A DNA stretch of 64,000 nt, from assembly GCF_964194025.1 (NCBI RefSeq), contig NC_134475.1:46934001-46998000 (forward strand), in the 5' to 3' direction. Shown piece after piece: positions 47,201-59,200 of this stretch. The translations under genes were made by a program, and so were the position numbers. The number at the start of each line of letters is the position of its first letter. The first letter of the stretch is position 1. This stretch comes from Convolutriloba macropyga. Lineage: Eukaryota. Below the pieces are notes generated by a model that saw nothing but the letters and a program-made list of their open reading frames with translations, was not told the DNA's origin and made no database searches.

Positions 47201-50200
47201 TGGTTAATTATTATTATAATACTGATGTTTGTCCTATCACCCAACATGGTGCTTCAGTTTACTGTTCTTGCAGCTACTCTTCTCCGATACTACTATGCTG
47301 TTTGCAGTAAAATATTTTGAAAATCGTTTACTTTGGAAGAAAGACATTATTGCCAGGACATCTTTTTGCATGGGTTTACAAAATACATGTATGTGAACTG
47401 CTTAAATTTGATTTGAAGGCAATCAATAAACAGCATATACAATCGTTTTGAATTGATCTCTTTGAACTGAAAAATTGTGAACAGAATATGAGAAGATCTA
47501 ATCTGCAATTGCTTTATGCGCCCATTCTCAAAACGCAAATAGAAATGCTCAGACTGCGGGGAGCTAAAATAATAAACTGAAGATAATTGGAATTATTGAT
47601 TCAGCGCGTTACAAGGCTTCGAGAAATGAAATAAAAGCGTTATGTCATGAAATCAATTCTTATTTGCTTGTATTGTTTTAATAATACAGCTAAAATAACC
47701 TTTATAGATAAGAAGGCTAGTTTTTAATATTTTAAAGAATATTTTTGCTGTGAGATAAAAAGTTAAATGAAAAAAGTTTTTTTTAATTTTTCGGAAGAGT
47801 ACATTGTAAATGTCCCCCACGCCATAACTTTGCATCAAAATGGACTTCAATTGTCACAGAGTATAGGTTTCATTAGATTAGTAACCAATGGGATGTTGAT
47901 ATTTCAAACACCTTCATTTGAAATTCTGAAGTTTAATTATCTACTATTCTACTATGCAATATCTTTTCGCAAAAACTGGTTAGTAGGAAGTGTCTCTCTG
48001 GCTTAGACGCACTTCGTTCCTGGAATAATTGAGCATGGAAGCTGGCTTCATTCTAATTTTAGAGGCAGCCGACTCACATTCAATTCAGCTTAGTGGGGGT
48101 CGAACGTATTGGCCCCATTAACTTTAAATTGTTTAGACGTACACATTGCAGTGAAGGCAGCGGCTTCCCCGGAGAAGGTTCCCATTGGATATCAGTTGCC
48201 AATCAACAGTCAAACAGTGAATAGACACCTCAGGTACGAACAAAGTTTTATTGTTCGCACCCCATTTAGGGGGAGGGGAATATAGACTTAACTCGTTTTT
48301 TGGTCAATGTCGGCCGTTCGATATATTTGACGTGAAAAAACATCTGCGTTATCATCAGAAATCATGTCAAGACTAGATTATTTTAGCTTGAGTATTTTCT
48401 TTGAATTTCGGTTTTTTTTCGAGGAGGCCATTGTATAGTTGCACTCTTCACACCTATTCTGTTCACTTTTTGGGTTATTTTTCACTATATATTTTTTCGT
48501 TTTTCCCAAATTTTTTTGTTTACCAAAACAGATTATTTTTTTGTTGTATTTTTGTGGCCCTGCAATTGCTGTTTCAGTTATTGAAGATTAAATTTAAGTT
48601 CGACAAACACTATGTTTGTTCACTTTTTCAGCTCTTTTCGCTCAAATTTTACAGGAATGAAGTTCGAAAGATCGAAAATATTATTGCCACAATTTGACAT
48701 TAAATTTTCATTCCAAGTTAGCATTAGGTTTCTTCCAAAATAAAACAAAATCCAGAAGTTTTGGCCAGACAATTTTTTGTAGTTGTTCTCAACTAGAAAC
48801 TTATTCATCAAAAGTTAAAGATTGCCGGAAACATTTTTGCTGAATAATTATTTTGAACATTGGTACCATCAGTAAGCAAGGGAATAAATACTTTGATGAC
48901 TTTAGATCTTTTCCTCTCATTTAACAATTTGACCTTTAGATGACTTTATATATCTTCTAATTATGTCTTTTCTATACGTCGTTTTCATAATCATTATTTG
49001 ATTTTTTTGGTCCGAATTTTTTTTAATATGAAAAACCATTCAACGGTACGCTATTTAACGGATATTTTGCTAGCTTATTGAAATTACTGATTTTGAAGTC
49101 ATTTAGTCATTTTTTCTATGATGCTAGTTTTTCTTCACTGTACAGTTGTTCCTCCGCCCAAATCTAGAGGAAATAGTGTGCACTCTTTTTTGTTATGGGT
49201 CTTATTTTCATTCATAATTAGCATTAGGATTCTCCCAAAACGAAACGAAATCCAGAAATTTTGGCCAGACGACTTTTTTTGTAGTTATTCTCTACTAGAC
49301 ATTTATTCAGCAGATCACCAAATACATTTTGTTGACTAATTATTTTGTACATTGGAACTGCCAGCAATTAGTTATTAAGCATAGAAAACAGAAATAACCA
49401 GGAGATGTAGCATCTTTTCTGATAAACTACAGAGTCCGTCCCATTTGTGAAAAATCTCATTGGTTTTGAAAGAATCAAAATTGACTCTTTTTTTTGAAAC
49501 ATGTAAATTACTCACACTATAATCCTAAGGTTAGATATCTACATGCTCTAAATTGGTAAATAAATTAATCAGCATTGTTATTAATATAATAATCTTCAAA
49601 TTGTGGCTGTTCGTTTTCATAGGTAAAAATAGGATTTGAAGGCTCCCATTTGTCTATTAACGGGTACTTTCTTGTGTTGATCGAGCAAAAACTCGGTTAA
49701 AACATTTTTAAAGCAGGTTTTACTGTTAAAAGTTCTTATTGAAGAGGGCAATTTGTTCCATTTTTGAACGCTTTTAAAGATTAAGGATTTTTAATAGTTT
49801 TAGATTGTAGTTAAGAGTATTACTGACTTCGACACTACTGGTCTACGGAAAATTCTTACGTCAATTTTGTAATCGTGCCTGCTTTTATTGATTTTTTTCA
49901 ATTATCCGTTAATACTGACAATTATAACCATTCAATTAACTTTGATTGTCATAGGGACAAAATAGAAGATCCGTTAAACTGGTTGAAGATTGGTTTTTAG
50001 AATGACAATTTTAGATAATTGACGTTTTTGAGTTTTGCTTGTTCATGTAGTTCATTTTGTCAATGAGGAATAAACATGTCAACTTTTGGTTTCATGTCAT
50101 TTCTATGGTTATTAACGAGATTGACAACTCTTGTATTCATAAAATCTTAGTGACGTTTTTTGTGTTATGCCTACTTCTGTATTTTTTTTTACTTCTGACA

Positions 50201-53200
50201 CCTTAATCGATGAATGAATTGGCCCCCCTAAATAGTCACAAATGAATCGTCACAAATGAGTCACAAATCATCATCAGTGTATATCTTTTTTAAACGACTT
50301 TCACCTTCTTAGCTTTTCAAAAAATCTATTTTTTCTTGAGTTTTGTCGCTTTTTTAGTTCTTTTTTTTGCGCTGTCTCATAGTCTCTCTAATGACTGGTC
50401 TCATTGGTTCTATTTGATCTTTCCTTTTTTGAGTTCTGGTTTTATCTGCTGACGCTACTTGTTTTTAAAAATAACTGTGTGATTTGAGTGCCTGTATTGC
50501 TTGTTGTTGTTGTTGTGTTGGTTTTTAGTCTCAGTGATGATAGGTTTCATAGACTTTGAGGTTAGCCAATATTATAGATGTTATTTTTTAAGGTTTGTAG
50601 CTAGTGGTTTTTTCTTCAAAAGCGTTTTTTGAAAAAAAATAGTTTTTATATTTGTGCGCGCTGTTTGATCTATTTGTTTCTAGTCTCTTGATCTCTTTTC
50701 TCTAGCCAATCGTTTTCAGCAAAATTTAAGCGGTCTGCCGTCATCAGATTTTGCTACTTTCGTTGCGTGGTCTCTTGGTTGTGCTTTTAAAACTTGTGAT
50801 TCACTTTCTGTTGTTTGATAAATTTATATTCTAAGGAATTCATGTTTTGATAACTTTAACTCCATTTATTGTCTAGGACAACTGTGAAATTTTATTTTCG
50901 CCAATTTTGTATGTTGTCATTTATTGTGTGTCTCTTTTTATCTTAGCAAAGATGGTGTTTGCTGATTTAGGTCCATTAAAGTGAACGTCTGATTCAAATC
51001 TTGTTTTTTTTAAAAAAAGAAATTACTTTGACATCACTAATTTTTGTTAAATATGGAAAAAAAGTGGTTTTAATAAGATTTTTCTCTATTTTGTTTGTTT
51101 CTATTGTATATGCTCTGTTGACTATCAATGGCTGTTGTTCTAACAAGGGCTATAGTTTGGTCATAGGTCTCCTGTATTCTTTGAATTGTAGTTCTGGACT
51201 TCTCCTGTAATGTTTCATTTTTGTTCAGCAGATTTTACCTCATTTTTTTACGCGCAGAAATTCCTGTAACACCTGTGACACCCGCCTGGAAAAACGAAAC
51301 ATAACTCCTTCTCATGCCGTAAATAAACCATGATGAGATCAATAATAGCATCAGCTATGGTTTTGCGGCTTAAACAAATTCAATTAATTCGGTTGCTAGT
51401 CAGGTGACGTTTTTCAGGAAACAAACAGTAAACTATGTAATAAACTGTGTTTTGCTTCAAAGACTGCGCTGTTCAGTGATAAAAATTTTGATGATGAGAT
51501 AGGGTTGGAACATTATGTGTTTAGGCACATTACCAAGACTCCTTGTTTGGTTAATGCGTAAATGAAGTCACTCTGTGCCTTCCGTTTTAAAGGGGTGCTG
51601 GCAGTCGAGGGTGGTTTATTTGAGTTTTTCTGATTAATGACTAATGATCATGCACTCGATTGTATCAAGATAGCACAATGGGTTATTAGTTATGCAAATA
51701 ATGTCGAATTGAAAATCACAACTGCCAAAGATTGCTTCCCTAATGCTTACTAATGTTTCGAAATCTAAGTTTTTGCCAAAGAAATATCATCAAAAAAAGT
51801 AATTTTTTAAAATGAAAATTGGAAAAAATGCCACAACGTGTTATAAATGTTTTCTTCAATACAAAAGTTCTTTTGTAGAAAAGAAAATTGTCTGTGTTCA
51901 GAACCACGGTTTGAAATTTTTGCTGCATAAAAAAAGTTTTTTTAAAAATTTTCAGATGGCTAGCTCAGAAAGACTCTATGGGCCAAGATGTGTTCCTAAT
52001 TGGCTACCCTGGACCTCTAAGACGACGCATTGCCATGCAGTACGCCGAATTGACGAATCGGGAAGTTGAATATCTTGTCATCACACGCGACACAACCGAA
52101 AGTGACATCAAACAGCGACGAGAGATCCAAAATGGCCGAACAAGTAATTAATTATACTTTAAGTAATAGTTAGAGAACTAATTTTGTATGTACTAGTGAA
52201 ATATTGTACAAAGCAGAGTTGAAAAGGAGCTCATATGATTTCAATCGAAGTCTGACACCACTCCATGAGAAATCAAATGTAGTTGTCTCCTTTTTGCAGG
52301 GACTTATCGGATTTAGCAGGCGGAGTGGCACCTCGAAGAATGAATTTTTCAAATATAAATCGAATTCTGCTCCAGGAGTGATTTTTTCTGTTAATTTTCT
52401 CTAGGTTTGAATTTTAAAGTTTCATTTGACCATCTATGGGTAAGTAATATTGATGAGCTAGGGGTTGGAAGAATTGCGCTGGTTTTGGAGACAGTAACAC
52501 CTCAAACGTTCAAAAATGAAATTTATCTTTTGCGGTCATATATCTTCTTGAATTTTAAAGAACCTTTTTAAAGAAGGTTTCTATTTTCAAACTCATTATC
52601 TTCTGTTGTGCGTTTGTTTGCCGTTGCAGGTTTCTTTTCAGATTCTTTGGTCATTTTACGAAAATTCTTATATAATACATTTAATCAGTCATACAAAAGT
52701 TTCTTATGGCTTTTAATTGCGATTTTAATTGCTCCCAAACAAAGTTTATAGCGATTATTTGATTCGTGACTTGTGATAAGGCCCTAGGGTGTTAAGTTCC
52801 AATTCACAGGAACTGCTGGGGAGACCTAATTTCATGAGTTTCGTAATTTTTTCAGAAATGACTTTTATTCGCTATAATTGAGCACGTAATTTTGGGAGAT
52901 GTCTTATGATCTTTCTGGGGGTTTACAAAGCGCAAATTACATCGCTAAATATTTTTCCTGGAAACTTCAATTAATTGCAGCGTGATACAACAAAATAATT
53001 AGGTATACGTTCATTGTTTTATTTTTCATCACATTCTGTTTCTCTTAAACTCGTTATAATTTGGCTGTTCGGAGATGTTATTGACGAGTTTTTTTCCAAC
53101 AATGGAGTTGTTACTCATATTTAAAACTTTTTGTGAAAACTTTAAAACAGCTCAATAAATCCAGAGCCGGCCGCTGAAAATGTTAGTATTGGAATCATGG

Positions 53201-56200
53201 GTTATCATAGCTTCGACTCAAAAAATTTATATAGACCGTGTGGTAAAATGATACACGTGATGTTATTTCTGGAACAAGAGAAAATGATGTAAGTTATTTG
53301 AAATTTGTGTTTGTCACTGTGCTGAACCTGGAAACAAATGATTAATTGCTTTCGAAGTATTAGTATGTAGCAATTATTGTGAACATGGTGTCTTTTTATG
53401 CAAAATTTTTACCTGAGCGTTTTGTTTTATAACATTGTTTTGATTTCACTTCTCGTGACTTTCTCAAGCTTGACTTGTTGATTTTTGCGTGACCTAAACT
53501 GCTCTTATTCAGAAATTTAATGCAACCAATTTTAACAACGTTAGTCGGTTTACATTTCAATAATTGCCAAGCTACAGGCATTTCTGGAACTCTTTTAGAG
53601 TGAATAGAGAAATTCTATTCAGATATTTATCAAACGTTTGAAATTTAAAAATTAAAGTTTTCAACTTGAGGAGTGGTGATTACCAATTGTTTAATTGAGC
53701 ATAAATTTTCAATTTCTTTTTGACAGGATAACAAGTAAGCTCAATTATTTGTTTTGAGAAAACAAAAAACAAATTTTGAAAACTCAAGAAGCAAAAATTG
53801 GAAGAAAAAATTTTTTTTTTTGTATTTTCACTCTGGGAATCGCCGTGTATCAACTTCTGAACAATGAACATATCAAATTCTATGTTTAGGCAAACATTTT
53901 AGGAAAAGTGCTCATTTTTAATTACTATCTGTGATATTATTTGCTTTTCATAACGAAACAAATTTTTTAACGGGTCAAAGTTTTCTAAAGGGCAAAAAGT
54001 TTTATGTGTTTGGGCAATCTATAATGGCCTTCTCTAATCAGCTTGCTCTCCTCTTGAAAACCTTAAATCTTCCACGGGCTAATTTTGCAAAAAATGAGTA
54101 GTTGTATGTGTTTTTTGGCGAGTACGGTGAAGGTGAAATCCATTTTGTTGCTCCAAAAAAGTGCTTTCAAAATGTCTTTTGTTGGGGGACCTTCACCGTT
54201 GTTATTGTTCTGACCATGGGGGAGCAACTATATACTCAAATGGGTTTTTTTTGTTCAGACAATTTTGGCCGACCGATAATCATCGTAGAGAGTTGTGAGT
54301 GGTATCATTAAAAAGCCCGTCCAGCGTAGAATATGGAATTGAAAAGATTTTTTGAATTTTCAATTTTTATAGGGAGTTATCGAGGTCTAAAGTTTTGGTG
54401 AATATTTGACGTAATTCATTTGTTTTTATTCACATTTTCGGTATTTTTGACCTAATTTTCGTCAATTTTACTAAAATTTATTCAAATTTTTTGCTGTAGT
54501 GTTATTGATTTTATCTCTAAAGATAGAGGAGGGTTGCTAAATTCTTCAATCTGAGTTTTTGGGATTGACTTTTCGCTAAAATTTCAAAATTCGATTTTTT
54601 CGGGACCAAATTTGCTTTTTTAGCCCCTCAGTTTTAAATTTGCTTGAAGTAGATACCTTAAAACTGCGACCATATTCTTTTTAAGCTGACAAACGGGCTA
54701 GTTATACACCCACTGGCTTTGAGAGTTTTCTGGAGTTAATATTTCGCCAGTTTTTTGCAAATTAAAACTCGATAACTATACAAGATGCATTTTTGTTTTT
54801 GACAAATTGAAAAATTTTGTTGAAAAATTGATCTATTTCGCTACCAATTTAAAAAATGATTATTTTGTTAGACGCGCAGTAACATCTGGGCTGATCTTGA
54901 TCTCGGCATGGATGCTCACGAGAAAAAAAATGCTCAGATTTTAATGGGGCGCGACTTTTTTTTTCAAAATATTTTCGCCATGTAAAAGTTTTTTATGTAA
55001 ACTTCTTTTTAGTTACAAGGAATTCAGTGAAATTCTTTTTAATAACAAATCAGGGCTCAATGAATGACAGATACTATTCACGAAAAACGAGGCCCAATGA
55101 GATTATAATACGGTTTCAGAATAAGCTCATGTTTTTTGTTGCTCTGACCAATTTTTTTTGTAAAAATTTTTTTATGTAATTCTTGAATTTTGCTTTCTTT
55201 TGTTATCTTTTTTGCAGTTAATTGACTTATTGTCCCCAACAGGTGGTCCAATTTTTTCTGAGGTGGAGACAATTCTTTCAATTGTCATCTAATGTCTGTT
55301 TTGAATATAATTGCTTTAAGAATATATCGTTCAATTTTTGAACTTCGTCACTATTTTGATCTTCTCTTAACTTCGGGCGCAGTCTCAGTAAAAACAAGCA
55401 GAAACCGATTTCCTTTGGTTTATAAATTAATATTTTTAGTGGTTCTATGTTCAACTAATGGTCTCTTTCTTTTTACACTACGCGTTTTCTTTATTTTTTT
55501 TTCAGCATAATTGCATATTTTATTAGTTCAATTTGTTTCCTTGTCAACTTTTTATATTATTGAAAAGTCCAATTGAAGGAAGGTATAGTTGGGAAGATGA
55601 AGAGCTTTGAAAAAAGCGTATCTGGATATGTTAATTGTTTTATTTATATAGTTCATGCTTAACTCGCAAAATATAAATATGTTTTTTTTTTGTTTTTGCC
55701 TATGTTTGTCATTTTTTGTTGTTGTACGCCATATACCTGATAACAATAGGTCTCAATTGCTCCCCATGGACGTATAACTCAACCTTCTTAAAGATTTCAG
55801 TTTATAGGTGTTTGTTTTAATGACTTTAAAATTGAAATAAGATTTTTTAAAATGTATTAATTTTGCTTTCATTTACGTAACCATGTAATTCGATCTCACT
55901 AATTAGAAGTCTCAATTACTTTTGTTGATTCATACATTTTTTGCGCTTGGTTTTACGTTGTGATCTATTGCTTGGACCATTAATTTCACAAAAATGTTTC
56001 GAGATTTCTATATTGTTAAATTTTTTGGGTTTCTTTTTGTTGTCATGTCCTCGTAGTCCTTTTATCAGTAAGGCTTTCTGATGTTAAAATGAAGAAAAAG
56101 TTCAATTTACAGTTCTTGCATGTTGTACGCCATATACCTGATAACAATAGGTTAAGAAAAGTTCTTGCAGTTGTTAAGAACTGTACAGTTGTTAAGAACT

Positions 56201-59200
56201 GTAAGTGCAATTTACAGTTCTTGCATAATTTTTTTGCCTTGAATATTATGATTTCCTAAAATTGTTTGAAGTTTTGTCTTCTTTATTTGTTTTTTGTGGG
56301 GTGGTGACTTAGTCTCAATATTAACAGGCCCAATTGGTTTCTTGGGGTATTGCAACTGATTCGATTGCTGTATGATGAAATTTTAAGTCTGTTCCGACGT
56401 TTGAAGTCATTTGTTTTCAAAAACATATTTCGGTTTTTGAGCTTCGTCATTTTTTTAAATAGCTTTTCGGTCAATTTGTAGCTCAGTCTCTGTAAACATA
56501 GGTCTCAACCCGTTTCCAGTGAACTACAATTTGATTTCTATAGCGGTTTTAGCTTCAAACATTTGTTTCTTGGCTTTGTTACGACTGTTACTACGAGATT
56601 TCATAAAGTATTTGAGATTTTTTTTATTTGTACCTTATATATGATTTTTGTTTTCTTTTTAATTTATATGAATGATCGCAGGTTCCATTGGCTTTGAAAT
56701 TTTGAGCAGTTGAACTTTTTAAATGACATGTCTCAGTTGCTTCCTCTGGAGATATAAATGAAAGGGATTTCAGTTGATATCTAATTACATTAATAAAGGT
56801 AAAACTAATTGTTTCCAAAAATGGAAACGTATGATTGAATTTCGCACCTCTTTGCTCCTTTTTGTCGACCTGTTAACCAGTCGCATTGAGGACAGGTCTC
56901 ATATCTTTTCTAATGAATCATAGTTTGAATTGTTTCGTTTAGGTTTAATCTGATGCGAGCTTGATTTTGTTTTGATTGTATTTATTATAGCCATCGTGTT
57001 TTGGTCGTAAATAGTGTCTGTTGTTTCATATTTCTTATTGTCCTAGTATTCCTATTGTCAACAACGTTCATCGACCTTCTAGGGTGGCCTTATTGTATTC
57101 GGTTCTACTTTTTCACCCCTGTTCATTTAAATCTGGGTGAATAAATCGGGGATAAATGATAGGGGGTTAAATGAACAGGGGTGAAAAAGTGGGACACCAT
57201 TGTATTCCATTGGTTGCTTATTGAACGATATGTATGTTGTTGAATGTTTTCGAACTTTTCATCATTTGGTAGTCAATTAACTCAGAAATGTGGATGAGCG
57301 GGGTCGGAACCGTATTGCGTGCCCACATTACCGAGCCTCCTTTTTGTGTTTAGTATCTTCTACTCTATGCCTTGACCATTGAAAAATTGTACTCCTAGCT
57401 TCGGAAGTGAACAAAATCCTTTTTAAAAAATGATGGAAAACGCCATCATGTCGCAAATACGGGCTCCACATCACTTCGTTTTGTAGCCCCTGAAACTTTT
57501 GATGGTAGTCTGATGACATTGCTTTAGTTTACGTGGACCAATCAGCTGTCAAGGCCGCTGTCAATGGTAGCATTCTGCTGATAGATGGAGTGGAGAAAGC
57601 AGAGCGAAACATTCTGCCCATCTTGAACAATTTATTGGAGAACAGAGAAATGCAGTTAGACGATGGCCGCTTCCTTGTTTCTCCAGAGCGCTTCGATCAG
57701 TTACTGCAGAAATTCTCAATGGTGAGTGTGAAATGAATTAATTACATTATTCGAGTAATTTTTGCGGCCATTGGCTTTTATAGGTCCGCATACTATAGCT
57801 CTCCAACTTCTAATTGTTTTCGAGCCTTTCGAATTCTTCGAGCGTTATACGTTCGAATTTATTGTAATGTTAAGGAATAACTGGTGTGAGCCGGAAAATT
57901 TAAGGGAACTGCACTAATGTGTTTTGTTCTTCTGAATTATTTTAGGATTTGTTCATTGAGCTTTACCAAATGACTTTTAAACAGAGCGTTTGTTGTCCGT
58001 TTCATTTCTGACGGAAATATTCAGTGATGACAATGCAAGCCACGCTTTAATTGCTCTTAAGAGATGTTAGTACCTTTTAATGTCTTTTTTGCTTTCTTTT
58101 TATTATCAAGTTTCAACATCTAATAGGGTGGTTCAGTCATAAAAGGCTGTCAGAACTGTTTAATACAATCAGTAGGCGTTTATAATTGAGCTCATTCAAG
58201 CGTCTGGGCTTTCGAACGTCGAGTACAACAAACTTATATCTTATAAATATTAAATGTATAATATTAATTGTTTGAATATGAAAAAGTATACTCACTTGCT
58301 GATTTACATCTTTGTGGTCGATAAAACCATGCTAATTTCACGTGCCGTTTATACTGATGTTTTCCAGAACTATTCCGTTTTTACATGTGAATTGATAACA
58401 CATGTTGACGTTTGATTGATACATAAGCTGTCACTTACTCACTTCGAACGTCGAGTACAACAAACTTATATCTTATAAATATTAAATGTATAATATTAAT
58501 CGTTCGAATATGAAAAAGTATACTCACTTGCTGATTTACATCATTGTTGTCGATAAAACCATGCTAATTTCACGTGCCGTTTATACTGATGTTTTCCAGA
58601 ACTATTCCGTTTTTACATGTGAATTGATAACACATGTTGACGTTTGGTTGATACTTATAATAAAATGCTAGTAAACATCACATGTCACCGAAAGTCATTT
58701 GTATGTAATGTAAAAAGGCAGTATTAACTGGGTATCTAATTCGATCAAGATTTGTGCCTATTGCAACTGTTGTTACACATCAATTCTAATTGAATTATTT
58801 GACTACACGATTTGTCTCTGCGTTCCTATTAACCGATGGGTTATGGGCCCAGAGCTTTTATGAGATAAGTAATCAGCCCACCCTAAAAATGACACTATGC
58901 TGCTTTGTCTCTCCGCTGCGTTAGAGGATTGCTGAGGTCAATTGGAAAATGAACGAGAGGACAAGGAGAGACAAGACTTGTAGTCAAGCAGTGGTAAAGA
59001 GTCAGAAGGAAAGCAAGTACTGAAGCCCCAGTGTGCTCTAATTACTTTGGAGAACGAGTTTGTGTAGCTGATTGGAGGACTCCTGTTGGTGGAGATAGAG
59101 CTTGTGTATCTGTGGAGACTCTGTTTGTGTGGAGGAGGTTGTGTAGCCGATTAGAGGACTCTGTTTGTGGAGAGGGAGCATCTGTAGCTGATTGTGGACT

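Noticed and set aside
51990-52030. Degenerate Walker A (GYPGPLRR) as a sign of VWA8 pseudogenisation
   Set aside because: The first AAA module of VWA8 normally has this non-canonical motif (GPPGPLRR in human).
51812-52069. ORF-track 85-aa protein
   Set aside because: Wrong frame; the real exon (51956-52143) is in another frame and encodes VWA8.
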